A DNA stretch of 64,000 bases, taken from contig CAVPIW010000006.1 of NCBI GenBank assembly GCA_963705105.1, positions 1,048,449 to 1,112,448 of the forward strand, given 5' to 3'. Positions within the stretch are counted from its first letter, which is position 1. Each line of letters opens with the position of its first letter. This document shows positions 38,785-48,629 of this stretch, piece by piece. Source of the DNA: an uncultured Nitrospiraceae bacterium. Its GTDB lineage: Bacteria; Nitrospirota; Thermodesulfovibrionia; Thermodesulfovibrionales; Dissulfurispiraceae. The position numbers and the translations under genes were made by a program. The notes below the pieces were generated by a model, which was given only the letters and a program-made list of their open reading frames with translations, was not told the origin of the DNA and ran no database searches.

Positions 38785-40839
38785 ATGGCGGTTGAACGGG
38801 ATAAAGACGTGACGGAGACACCGGACTCCTCCGCAAAGGAGCGGGAATTTACGGCGCTATGGGATGCCCTGTCTGAAAGCGAGGAAAGACTCCGCACATT
38901 TTCCCGGGTTTCTCTCGAAGGCATCGCCCTTCTTGACGCCGGAAAGATCGTCGATTCGAACGAGGCACTTGCAACCCTTTTCGGGTGTGTCCACGGCAAC
39001 GTAACGGGCAGACCGGTCACCGATTTTATTGCCGCCGAGCATCGCGGCCCGTTCATGAAATATCTGGAGTCGGCGCGTGAACAGCCCTACGAAGCCCTGT
39101 GCCTGCGGGAAAACGGGGCGACCTTTGCTGCTGAAATCAGAATAATGAACATCCCGCTCCGCGGCAGACCGGTCAAGGCCGCTGTAATACGCGACATCTC
39201 CAGGCGCAAGGCGACCGAGGAGGCGCTGCGCCGTTCGGAAGAGCAATACCGCCTCCTTTTCGAGAACAACCCTCACCCCATGATGGTCTACAATGTCGAG
39301 ACGCTCGCCTTCATCTCCGTCAACGACGCAGCGGTGAACCTTTACGGCTACTCAAGGGATGAGTTTTTATCGCTCACCGTCAAGGACATCCGGCCGCCCG
39401 AGGATGTGCCCGCACTGCTCAGGCATCTCTCCCGGAGGAACCCATCCTTCCAGAAATCCGGGGAGTGGCGCCATCGCAAAAAGGACGGGGCGATCATCCA
39501 TGTCGAAGTGAGCGCCCACGACCTCACCTTCATGGGGAGCCCGGCCAGGTTCGTACTCATCAATGACATAACGGAACGGAAAATAGCCGAAGAAGCGCTT
39601 TCCCGCCGTGACTCCATCCTCGAGGCGGTGAGCTTTGCTGCGGGGGAATTCCTCAGGATAATCTCCTGGGACAACAGCATCAGGAAGGTGCTCGAGATGC
39701 TTGGAAAGGCTACCGGTGTGAGCCGCGTCCATGTTTTCGAACAAGCCAGGGGAACCGGGGACGTCCCGAGAGTATCCCTTCTGCAGGAGTGGACAGCCCA
39801 CGGCATCGTTCCCCACAGGTACAACCCGGAGCTTCAGGCATTTGCATGGCAAGCAAAGGGGTTTGCCCGGTGGGCCGACATTCTGAGCAAAGGCGAGATC
39901 CTGTACGGCCACACGAGGGTTTTTCCGCCTGCCGAGCGGAATATCCTTATACAGCAACACATACGTTCCATCGCAGTCGTCCCGATCTTTGTCGCCCATG
40001 ATCTCTGGGGGTTCATCGGCTTCGACGACTGTGACGCCGAGCGGGACTGGTCCCTGGCGGAGATCGGCGCGCTCCGGGCGGCTGCCGGGATCATCGGCGC
40101 CGCGATTCAGCGCAAAGCCGCCCGGGAGGCCCTCGAAAGGAGCGAGCACCTTCTCCGGCTCTCGCTCAGGGAAAAGGAGACCCTCCTCAGGGAGATCCAT
40201 CACCGTGTCAAGAACAATCTGCAGGTCATCTCAAGCCTCCTGAGCCTCCAGTCCTCCAGCATCCGTGATGCGGCAGTGGCAGAGGCGTTCAGGGAAAGCA
40301 GAAACAGGATCAGGTCCCTTGCCATGATCCACGAGAAGCTCTACCGGTCCGCGGGCATCGAGCGGATCGACATGGCGGAATACATGAGAGACCTCGTCTC
40401 CTATCTTGTCAGCTCCTATAATATGCGGAACGAACGGCTGAAACTCACCCTGTCCGTCGAAGACATCCATTTCGGGATCGATACGGCCATCCCCTGCGGT
40501 CTCATCCTGAACGAGCTCGTCTCAAACGCGCTTAAGCATGCCTTCACAACGGAACGGGGCGGGAAATACGGCATCAGGATCATCCTTTCCCGCCGCCGAG
40601 ACGGACACAGGCTCGTCGTCGGCGATAACGGGGCCGGTCTCCCGGCAGGTCTGAACTACAGAAAGACCGACTCCCTGGGACTTCAGCTCGTGACGACCCT
40701 TGTCCAGCAGTTGGGAGGAAAAATATCACTCCGGAGAAGGGGGGGACGACTTTCACGATCGACTTTGCAGAGGCGCGGATCCATAGCCCTGCCGGTGAGG
40801 GATCATGAAGAAGAAGCGGGTGCTCATTGTCGAGGATGA
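38785..40839 (+). CDS. PAS-PAS-GAF HisKA_2-type histidine kinase; probable frameshift in a G7 tract near the 3' end
   Basis: EIHHRVKNNLQ, NELVSNALKHAF, DNGAG, SLGLQLV. Confidence 0.88.
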   Translation: MAVERDKDVTETPDSSAKEREFTALWDALSESEERLRTFSRVSLEGIALLDAGKIVDSNEALATLFGCVHGNVTGRPVTDFIAAEHRGPFMKYLESAREQPYEALCLRENGATFAAEIRIMNIPLRGRPVKAAVIRDISRRKATEEALRRSEEQYRLLFENNPHPMMVYNVETLAFISVNDAAVNLYGYSRDEFLSLTVKDIRPPEDVPALLRHLSRRNPSFQKSGEWRHRKKDGAIIHVEVSAHDLTFMGSPARFVLINDITERKIAEEALSRRDSILEAVSFAAGEFLRIISWDNSIRKVLEMLGKATGVSRVHVFEQARGTGDVPRVSLLQEWTAHGIVPHRYNPELQAFAWQAKGFARWADILSKGEILYGHTRVFPPAERNILIQQHIRSIAVVPIFVAHDLWGFIGFDDCDAERDWSLAEIGALRAAAGIIGAAIQRKAAREALERSEHLLRLSLREKETLLREIHHRVKNNLQVISSLLSLQSSSIRDAAVAEAFRESRNRIRSLAMIHEKLYRSAGIERIDMAEYMRDLVSYLVSSYNMRNERLKLTLSVEDIHFGIDTAIPCGLILNELVSNALKHAFTTERGGKYGIRIILSRRRDGHRLVVGDNGAGLPAGLNYRKTDSLGLQLVTTLVQQLGGKISLRRRGGRLSRSTLQRRGSIALPVRDHEEEAGAHCRG

Positions 40840-41962
40840 AGGCATCATCGCCAGGGATATCAGGCAGAAGCTGGAGGACCTGGGGTATACAGTCGTCGGC
40901 ACGGCATCGACTGCGGAAGAGGCGGTCCAGAAGGCGCGACGGCTCTCACCCCATGTCGTGCTGATGGATATCGTGCTCAGGGGCCCCGTGGACGGAATCG
41001 CCGCTGCCAGGACGATCGGCGATGAACTCGGCATCCCCATCATCTTCCTGACCGCCTTCGCCGACGACGACACCCTCGCCAGGGCAAAGCTCACGAAACC
41101 CTATGGGTACATCCTAAAGCCCTTCGACGAGAACGACCTCAGGACGAACATCGAGATAGCCCTGTACCGCAGTGTCATCGAGAAAAAACGGGACGCCGAA
41201 GCGAGGATGCTCGGGTCCATCCTGCTCTGCGCGGGAAGCGCCCTGATCGTGACGGACCTCAACCTCACAGTCACCCTCATCAACAGGACGGCGGAGCGGA
41301 TGCTCTGCCTGCAGCGGGAGGACGCCCTCGGGAAAAGGCTCCCGGACGTCTTCCAGGTGCGCTTTTCGGCTGCCGGCGTTTCCGTCGCAAGTCTGACCGC
41401 CCTCGCCCTGAGGGAAGGCACGTCCTTACGGCTGCCTGACGACTCGGAAATTCTCCTGCGCGACGGGACGAGCAGACATATTAACTGCGTCATCACGCCG
41501 GTGAAACAGGAAGATAACAGGATTACGGGCCTGGTCGCAACATTTCAGTGTGTCGACCGCGGCGAAGACCCGGCCGCCCAGAAGCCGACGACGCTCACCG
41601 CCGCAATCGGGAGACTCACGGCTGTGCCGATGGACTCCGTCTCATCGGCCATTCTCAGGGCGCTCACCTTTATCGAGGAAAACATCGAGAGGCCCATTTC
41701 CCTCGACGAACTCGCCGGGCTGTCTTACATGAGCAGATTCCATTTTTCGAGGACCTTCAAAGCGCGCACGGGCATGACTCCCATGTCACTCATCGCTCAT
41801 GTCAGGATCGAGCGGTCCATGTCACTGTTACGGCAAAACCCCGATTGCGTCTCCGACATCGCCCTCGCCGTCGGCTTCTCCAGCCTCAGCCATTTTACCG
41901 ACCAGTTCAAGAGGATCACGGGCATGACCCCGTCAGAGTACCGGAAGAGCCTGATAAAATAG
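40805..41962 (+). CDS. Response regulator REC-PAS-AraC HTH
   Basis: VLIVEDE, MDIVL, FLTA, KPF; C-terminal SRFHFSRTFK..GFSSLSHFT..FKRITGMTP. Confidence 0.9.
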   Translation: MKKKRVLIVEDEGIIARDIRQKLEDLGYTVVGTASTAEEAVQKARRLSPHVVLMDIVLRGPVDGIAAARTIGDELGIPIIFLTAFADDDTLARAKLTKPYGYILKPFDENDLRTNIEIALYRSVIEKKRDAEARMLGSILLCAGSALIVTDLNLTVTLINRTAERMLCLQREDALGKRLPDVFQVRFSAAGVSVASLTALALREGTSLRLPDDSEILLRDGTSRHINCVITPVKQEDNRITGLVATFQCVDRGEDPAAQKPTTLTAAIGRLTAVPMDSVSSAILRALTFIEENIERPISLDELAGLSYMSRFHFSRTFKARTGMTPMSLIAHVRIERSMSLLRQNPDCVSDIALAVGFSSLSHFTDQFKRITGMTPSEYRKSLIK

Positions 41963-42084
41963 CCGTCCCGCCGCTGCCGCGCCCTTCCGCTCTCCATAGC
42001 AAGAATCCTGAAAAATCCGGCAAGAAACCTGTAGAATCGCACCATTGATCTATGGCGTAATTAATTATGAAGGCATAAAAAGTC

Positions 42085-42188
42085 GTCATACCCGCGAAGC
42101 TTGTCCCCGCGGATATTTAGCCGGGAGCGGGTATGGGGACTGAAAAATCTTCCTGATAATCGTGGATTCCTGTTTGCACGGGAATAAC
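42085..42188 (+). repeat. Degenerate GTCATTCCCGC-type element
   Basis: GTCATACCCGCG..GCGGGTAT..GGATTCC..CGGGAATAAC. Confidence 0.55.
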
Positions 42189-42239
42189 AGACGATCCTTT
42201 CTACCAAACGTGACACACGCACCAATGGAGGATGACCTT

Positions 42240-43757
42240 ATGTTCCAGGCCGGTGCCTTGACGGGAAAGGGACAGGCGCTGTTATCGGTTGAATCATCCG
42301 AAAACGGCGGGGAAGAAAGTTACGACGCGAATAATCGCGTCCCCGCTGATGTTTCATATACGGTCGATCATTTTTCCGATCCCCTTCATTCCTATCTCAG
42401 AAGCATTCGCAAACTGCCCCTCCTGAAGAAAGACGAAGAAAGAGACACGGCCTTCAGAATCACGTCGGGTCGCAGAAAAATTTACGGGGAGCTCTTTACC
42501 ATCCCTCTCTTCATCAACCGCCTGATCAGCCTCGGGAACCTCGCGGCTGCCGGGGACATCTCCCTGGATGAGATCCTGGAAGACGCGGCCTGCCGGACTG
42601 ACGAGCGGCAGAAGGAGCTGGAGGGACATTTCTTCAAGGCAATTGCAGCACTGAAAGATATCATCACATTGAGCGACCGGCGGGTCAGAGGGGGACTTGC
42701 ACACCCCGGAAACGAACAGCGCCGGTCGAAACGTCCCTTTGCGCTTCGGACGGCCCTCCTCACGAGGAGAGACGCCATTCTCAGTCATACAGAGGACCTG
42801 ACCCTCAGGAACGATCTCATCGAACGTTGTACCGCCGAATTGAGGGACATCCATCGTCAGCTCCTGGATGTCAAAAAGCAAATCGGGTGCGCAAAGGCAT
42901 CATGCATCTGCGCGGGCGACGTGAGGAAACTCCGGGACCGCCTGAAATCACTGGAAGACCATGTCGGCATTCGTGAACAGGATTTATGCGGGACCGTCGG
43001 GACGATAGATCACACGGAGTGCGATATAGACAGCGCAAAGGCCCATCTTGTCGAATCCAACCTGCGACTCGTCATCTGTGTTGCGAAGCGGTATGCCAAC
43101 AAGGGCATCCCTTTCCCGGATCTCATCCAGGAGGGGAACATCGGCCTGCTCAAGGCCGTGGACAGGTTCGATCCCGCCAGGGGATTCCGCTTCAGCACCT
43201 ATGCGATGTGGTGGATACGCCAGGCTATGAGCAGGGCCATCGCGGACACGTCCCGGACGATCAGGATCCCCGTCCATCTGATCGAGATTCTGCACAGGGC
43301 CACGAGGGTTGCCGGTGAGCTTGTTCGCCAGAACGGCAGCGAGCCGACCCTCGACGAGATCGCGGCCCGGGCGCGGGTGCCCCGCGACAAGCTCGCAAAC
43401 GTGCAGGCCTTTTCAGGCGATGCCGTCTCCCTTGAGACCCCCGTCGGCGAGGACGAGGGAGGTATGATCAGGGACTTTGTCGTCGATGCCTCTGCGCCTA
43501 CCCCTCTTGACAATCTGTTGGAACAGGACATGAAGGACCGGGTCGAACGGGTGCTGGCCACACTGACGCGGAAAGAAGAGACGGTGATACGGAAGAGATA
43601 CGGCATAGGCTTCGACGATCCCCAAACCCTCGAGGAAATAGGGCGGGCGTTTCACCTCTCCCGTGAAAGAATCCGGCAGATCGAGATCAAGGCCCTGAGG
43701 AAATTGAGACATCCGTGCCGCAGCAGGTGGCTGGAAGACTTCACCGGCTGCCGCTGA
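42240..43757 (+). CDS. Sigma-70 family sigma factor (RpoD-like, no evident region 1.1)
   Basis: DPLHSYL, NLRLVICVAKRY, DLIQEGNIGL, WWIRQA, RERIRQIE; GGAGG then ATG 42240. Confidence 0.9.
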   Translation: MFQAGALTGKGQALLSVESSENGGEESYDANNRVPADVSYTVDHFSDPLHSYLRSIRKLPLLKKDEERDTAFRITSGRRKIYGELFTIPLFINRLISLGNLAAAGDISLDEILEDAACRTDERQKELEGHFFKAIAALKDIITLSDRRVRGGLAHPGNEQRRSKRPFALRTALLTRRDAILSHTEDLTLRNDLIERCTAELRDIHRQLLDVKKQIGCAKASCICAGDVRKLRDRLKSLEDHVGIREQDLCGTVGTIDHTECDIDSAKAHLVESNLRLVICVAKRYANKGIPFPDLIQEGNIGLLKAVDRFDPARGFRFSTYAMWWIRQAMSRAIADTSRTIRIPVHLIEILHRATRVAGELVRQNGSEPTLDEIAARARVPRDKLANVQAFSGDAVSLETPVGEDEGGMIRDFVVDASAPTPLDNLLEQDMKDRVERVLATLTRKEETVIRKRYGIGFDDPQTLEEIGRAFHLSRERIRQIEIKALRKLRHPCRSRWLEDFTGCR

Positions 43758-43765
43758 TACTGTGT

Positions 43766-43918
43766 ACCGTTATTTTTGCATACACCCCGCCTTTCCAAAA
43801 AGCGTATGCAACGATAAGGATGTCTCATCATCGCATTGGAAAGGCTTTGAACCATATCTGCCTTCCCGACGGATGGCTATCAGCAAGGCTCTGAGGCGTT
43901 TCGCCACGCCTACAAGGT
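43766..43918. mobile_element. Composite MITE remnants (reversed left arm + C-left/B-right)
   Basis: CACCCCGCCTTTCC..ATGCAACGATAAGG then GATGTCTCATCATCGCA..GCTATCAGCAAGGCTCTGAGGCG..ACAAGGT. Confidence 0.65.
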
Positions 43919-43988
43919 GATACTCACACTGACACTGTCTGAATAACGGACGCCGGGACCGGATACGTGATAGAATATCCCTATCCCC

Positions 43989-44975
43989 ATGTCCGTCATA
44001 ATCGTCGAAAATCTCGTCAAAACATTCGGCTCCGTTACCGCCGTCAACGGCATATCCCTCTCCGTTGAAGAGGGGACGATTTTCGGTTTCCTCGGCCCCA
44101 ACGGAGCCGGCAAGACGACGACCATCAACATCCTCTGCACCCTTCTCTCTCCCACCTCCGGAAAGGCGTCCATCGGAGGATTCGATTGTATGTCCCAACC
44201 TTCGGAGGTGAGAAAGAGGATCGGCCTCGTCTTTCAGGACAACACCCTCGACAAGGAGCTGACGGCATACGAAAACCTCTCCTTCCATGCCTACCTCTAC
44301 GATGTCCCCAAGCGTGAGCGGAAGGAGCGGATCGAGGAGGCCCTCCTCTTCGTCGGTCTCTCTGACCGGAAGAATGACACGGTCAAGAAATTCTCCGGGG
44401 GCATGAAGCGTCGGCTCGAAGTAGCCCGGAGCCTGATCCATCAGCCGAAGGTCCTCTTTCTCGATGAGCCGACTCTCGGTCTCGATCCCCAATCCCGGAC
44501 GAACCTCTGGGAATTCATCTCCCGGTTGCCTGAGCAGCAGGGAGTCACGGTATTCATGACCACCCATTATATGGAAGAAGCGGAGATTTGTCAGCAGATC
44601 GCCATCATAGACAACGGGACGATCATCGCCCGGGGGTCACCGGAGGAATTGAAGAAGGCCGTCGGCGGCGACGTCATCTACCTGAAGACGAAGGACAACA
44701 GCCGGGCAAAGGGGGACATCAAACGCATGCTCGGCCTTGATGCCCAGGAGAGGGAAGGAGAGCTTTTCATCTCCGTTTCGCGGGGAGACGCCTGCATTCC
44801 GAAGCTCATTACGGCTCTCGCGGACAGGGTCATCTCGGTGAGACTCCAGAGGCCCACTCTCAATGACGTGTTTCTCAATCTCACCGGCAAGGCGATCCGG
44901 CCTCAAACAGCCTCGGAGGGTGACGACTTCAGGGAGTCCGTCCGTTCCTACCGGAGAAAATTCGGCAAGGGATGA
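43989..44975 (+). CDS. ABC exporter ATP-binding protein (DrrA-like)
   Basis: GPNGAGKTT, FSGGMKRRLE, LDEPT, TTHYMEEA. Confidence 0.92.
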   Translation: MSVIIVENLVKTFGSVTAVNGISLSVEEGTIFGFLGPNGAGKTTTINILCTLLSPTSGKASIGGFDCMSQPSEVRKRIGLVFQDNTLDKELTAYENLSFHAYLYDVPKRERKERIEEALLFVGLSDRKNDTVKKFSGGMKRRLEVARSLIHQPKVLFLDEPTLGLDPQSRTNLWEFISRLPEQQGVTVFMTTHYMEEAEICQQIAIIDNGTIIARGSPEELKKAVGGDVIYLKTKDNSRAKGDIKRMLGLDAQEREGELFISVSRGDACIPKLITALADRVISVRLQRPTLNDVFLNLTGKAIRPQTASEGDDFRESVRSYRRKFGKG

Positions 44976-45757
44976 GCGCGAACCTGAACACGGTCTATGT
45001 TATCGTCGCCCGGGAGCTCATCAAGTTCGTGCGGGAAAAGGGACGACTCGTTTCGACAATCGCCCGCCCCCTCCTGTGGCTCTTCCTCGTCGGCGGCGGC
45101 ATGACGCGTCTCGTCTCTCCCGATATGGGCATCCCTTACATCCAGTTCATTTTTCCGGGCATCATCGGCATGACCATCCTTTTCAGCGCCATATTCTCCT
45201 CCATTTCGATCATCTGGGACAAGGAGTTCGGATTCATGAAGGAGATGCTCGTGGCCCCGGTGTCACGGTTTTCGATCGTTCTCGGCAAGGCGCTGAGCGG
45301 GACCCTCGTCTCGACACTCCAGGCCCTCGTGATCCTCGTCCTCTTTCCCTTCGTGGGCCTGCACCTGTCGGCACTCCAGTTCGCATCGGTCCTGGCAATC
45401 TCCGTGATCCTCTCCTTCTGCATCTCCGCTCTCGGCATCTTCATCGCCACTTTTTACGAGAGCTTCGAGAGCTTCAGCGTCATCATGAATTTCATTGTCA
45501 TGCCCATGTTCTTTCTTTCCGGCGCCATGTATCCCGTGAAGCTCCTTCCCCCCCTGCTGGTAGCCCTCTCCATGGTGAACCCCCTCACATACGGCATCGA
45601 CGCCCTGAAATACGTGATCCTCCCGAGGGATACCCTCTCGTCTGCAGCTTCGCCGCTGACCCATGACTTTCCCTTTTTCCTCGACCTTTCCGTCATTGTT
45701 ATCGCCTCCGTTGTTTTTGTTATAATTGCAGGATATGTCTTTGAAAGGAGAAAGTGA
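44972..45757 (+). CDS. ABC-2 type permease
   Basis: FIFPGIIGM, WDKEFGFMKE, PMFFLSGA, NPLTYGID. Confidence 0.9.
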   Translation: MSANLNTVYVIVARELIKFVREKGRLVSTIARPLLWLFLVGGGMTRLVSPDMGIPYIQFIFPGIIGMTILFSAIFSSISIIWDKEFGFMKEMLVAPVSRFSIVLGKALSGTLVSTLQALVILVLFPFVGLHLSALQFASVLAISVILSFCISALGIFIATFYESFESFSVIMNFIVMPMFFLSGAMYPVKLLPPLLVALSMVNPLTYGIDALKYVILPRDTLSSAASPLTHDFPFFLDLSVIVIASVVFVIIAGYVFERRK

Positions 45758-46545
45758 TGAACCAGATAGAGCTGTACAAGAGACTCCCCAAGACGAACTG
45801 CGGTGACTGTCCCCAGAAGGCTTGCCTGCCCTTCTCCTTCTCCGTCATCAAAGGAGAAGCGGAACTGGCCGACTGTCCCCACCTCACGGATGAGGAGCGT
45901 GAGCTGATCAGCGGGGATCTCATCAGATCGGACTGGAGAGAAGAGCTGATAGTGAAGATGAAGGAGGAGGTGCAGAAGATCGACTTCGCCTCCGTTGCCG
46001 AAGGGCTGGGCGCCCGGTTCACCGATGGGGGACTCGTCCTGCCCTGCCTGGGCCGGATGTTCACCATCTCGCCGGAAGGCGAGGTGACGACGCAGGGACA
46101 CATAACGCCCTGGGTGAAGATCCTTTTGCTGCATTATCTCAGAACCTGCGGCAGCGGTCCCCTCGCGGACCGGTGGGTCTCTTTCACGGAACTGAAGGAC
46201 GGGATGATGAAGTCGACGGCCTTTCACCGTGAGTGCGAAGACCCGCTGCGCCGGCTTCTCGACAGCAACCCTCAACCGGTCGGTATGATACTCCGGAGGT
46301 TGGGCGCAGAGGTCCGCGAAGACTTTCCCACCCCCCATGCCTGGCACCTGCTCCTGCTGCCCAAGGTGCCCATCGTGATTCTCTTCTGGCCTCCCGAGGA
46401 GGAGTTTGAGTCCAAGGTGAAGATCCTCTTCGATGCGACTGCCGACAAGTTCCTCGATGTGGAGTCTCTCGTTTTCCTCGTCGAAGGCCTTGTCAAGAAT
46501 ATCGAGATGTTTTTATCACTTGACAAGAAAAAACATATATGTTAA
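45754..46545 (+). CDS. Fe-S domain + DUF3786 protein
   Basis: LPKTNCGDC..C..CP; LPKVP..W..EEEFESKVKILFD. Confidence 0.8.
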   Translation: MMNQIELYKRLPKTNCGDCPQKACLPFSFSVIKGEAELADCPHLTDEERELISGDLIRSDWREELIVKMKEEVQKIDFASVAEGLGARFTDGGLVLPCLGRMFTISPEGEVTTQGHITPWVKILLLHYLRTCGSGPLADRWVSFTELKDGMMKSTAFHRECEDPLRRLLDSNPQPVGMILRRLGAEVREDFPTPHAWHLLLLPKVPIVILFWPPEEEFESKVKILFDATADKFLDVESLVFLVEGLVKNIEMFLSLDKKKHIC

Positions 46546-46618
46546 AAAAGTAGGTAATTTTTGACGTACCAGTACCCCAATATTTGGCGATTAAAACGAA
46601 AAGGAGGTGAAATTCATC

Positions 46619-46825
46619 GTGAAGAAAGTGTTAGCCCTGTTGCTTTCTATCGTGCTGCTCGTGGCGTTCACACTCTCCGTCGGCTGCAAGAAGGCTGAAG
46701 AGCCGAAGCCTGAGGCCCCGAAGCCCGCTGCTGAGGCCCCGAAGCCCGCTGAGACACCGGCGCCGGCTCCTGAGAAGCCCGCTGAGAAACCGGCTGAGAA
46801 GCCCGCTGAGGCACCGAAGAAGTAA
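46619..46825 (+). CDS. Small lipoprotein with P/A/E/K-rich repeat tail
   Basis: GGAGGTG RBS, lipobox SVGC, (EKPA)n. Confidence 0.8.
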   Translation: MKKVLALLLSIVLLVAFTLSVGCKKAEEPKPEAPKPAAEAPKPAETPAPAPEKPAEKPAEKPAEAPKK

Positions 46826-46842
46826 GTTAAACAAAAAAAATG

Positions 46843-46887
46843 ACACCACGAGGGTTCGTCGACAGCCCTCGTGGTGTTGCTTTTTTC
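46843..46887 (+). terminator. Rho-independent terminator
   Basis: ACACCACGAGGG-loop-CCCTCGTGGTGT followed by a T-run. Confidence 0.8.
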
Positions 46888-46951
46888 GCGACATAACTGG
46901 TATCATTTTTGTATGAGAGTGGGGTTTTCCCACTCTTTTGTTTTCTGAGAC

Positions 46952-47431
46952 ATGGAACGAAAAGATCTCCAGAACATCCTAAACACCCTTGCCGCCGAGG
47001 TGGCGGAACGGGAGGGACTGGAGCTTGTCGGCATCGATCTGCTCGGAAGGGGGAGAAGGTCCATCCTGCGGGTGACGATAGACAGGGAGGGCGGCGTGAC
47101 CATAGGGGATTGTGAACGGATGAGCAGGGGCCTTGAGGCGATCCTGGACGTCGAAGATCCCATTCCCGGTCCCTATAACCTGGAGGTCTCATCGCCGGGC
47201 ATCGACAGGCCTCTCACGAGAGCCGGCGATTTCGTGAAAAACGTAGGGAAGCTTCTTCGCGTCATTACGAAGGAAAAGATCGACGATCAGACCTTTTTTA
47301 TCGGGAGAATCACCGATGCCGGCGAAAACTGGGTGCGTATCACCGTCGAAAAGAAGGGCAAAGAGAGTGACATTATCATCCCGATCGGGCAGATATCGAA
47401 GGCGCGACTGGAGATCGAGATAAAGGGGTGA
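46952..47431 (+). CDS. rimP: Ribosome maturation factor
   Basis: LRVTIDREGGVTIGDC, YNLEVSSPGIDRPL. Confidence 0.93.
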   Translation: MERKDLQNILNTLAAEVAEREGLELVGIDLLGRGRRSILRVTIDREGGVTIGDCERMSRGLEAILDVEDPIPGPYNLEVSSPGIDRPLTRAGDFVKNVGKLLRVITKEKIDDQTFFIGRITDAGENWVRITVEKKGKESDIIIPIGQISKARLEIEIKG

Positions 47432-47446
47432 TACCGAGGTGAGTTC

Positions 47447-48583
47447 ATGATAGCGAAGGAGTTGTGCTTTGTTATAGACCAGATCAGCAAGGAGAAGGGG
47501 ATAACCCGTCTTACCCTGGTGAAAGTGCTCGAGTCGGCGCTTTTGTCGGCGGCACGGAAGAAATTCGCCGGCAAGACGAACCTGATGCTCAGGATCGATC
47601 CCAAGACCTGTGAAATCAGGGCATTCGATGTCAAGCGGATCGTCGAGACCGTCGAGGACGATCAGGAGGAAATCGGCATCGATGAGGCGCGGGCGCTGGA
47701 GCCGGACAAGGTCACCGGAGATGTCATTGAATTCCCCGTTCCCCTGCCCGATTTCGGACGAATAGCCGCCCAGACGGCAAAGCAGGTGCTCTTCCAGAAG
47801 GTCCGCGAGGCGGAGCGGGACATCATCTTCGAGGAATACAAGGATAAGTCGGGGCAGATCATCAGCGGTACAGTCCTGCGGAAGGAAAAGGGCGCCTACA
47901 TCGTCAGCGTCGGGAAAACGGAGGCGCTGCTGCCCCAGAGAGAAACACTGCCGAATGAAAACCTGAAGCGCGGAGATATCGTGAAGGCCTTTCTTCTGGA
48001 AGTCCGCCAGACCTCGAAAGGGCCGATCATCGTGCTTTCGCGGACGGATGCGAACTTCATCATCGGGCTGCTGAAAATGGAGGTGCCGGAGATACACGAC
48101 GGCGTGGTCATGATCAAGGCGATCGCCCGTGAACCGGGAGAGCGGACAAAGATAGCGGTCGCCTCCAAAGATCCTTCCATCGATGCCGTCGGAGCCTGTG
48201 TCGGCATGAAGGGGACCCGCGTGCAGCCCATCGTGCGTGAATTGAGGGGTGAGAGGATCGACATCATCCCCTGGAGCGAAGATCCCCGCGTTTTCATCGC
48301 CCGCGCACTCACCCCCGCAGCTGTTGACCGGGTGGGGATCAACGAGGATGAAAAGACCGCCATGGTCATCGCCGATGACCAGCAGCTCTCCCTCGCCATC
48401 GGCAAGAGGGGGACGAATATCAAGCTTGCGACAAAGCTGACAGGCTGGGAGATCGATATCCTCAGCGAGTCGGAGTATTCGAAGATCAAGATGGAAGAGG
48501 CTGACAAGGCCCTTGAAGAGGTCATGAAGAAGGAGTCACGCCTGTCCGAGAACGCCGGCACCGAAAAGAAAGACGCCCCGTAG
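47447..48583 (+). CDS. nusA: Transcription factor NusA
   Basis: FGRIAAQTAKQ, AREPGERTKIAV, LAIGKRG. Confidence 0.96.
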   Translation: MIAKELCFVIDQISKEKGITRLTLVKVLESALLSAARKKFAGKTNLMLRIDPKTCEIRAFDVKRIVETVEDDQEEIGIDEARALEPDKVTGDVIEFPVPLPDFGRIAAQTAKQVLFQKVREAERDIIFEEYKDKSGQIISGTVLRKEKGAYIVSVGKTEALLPQRETLPNENLKRGDIVKAFLLEVRQTSKGPIIVLSRTDANFIIGLLKMEVPEIHDGVVMIKAIAREPGERTKIAVASKDPSIDAVGACVGMKGTRVQPIVRELRGERIDIIPWSEDPRVFIARALTPAAVDRVGINEDEKTAMVIADDQQLSLAIGKRGTNIKLATKLTGWEIDILSESEYSKIKMEEADKALEEVMKKESRLSENAGTEKKDAP

Positions 48584-48629
48584 CTCTCCGGGGCGCATCA
48601 CCCTACCCTTATCATGCCACTGCACGGTA

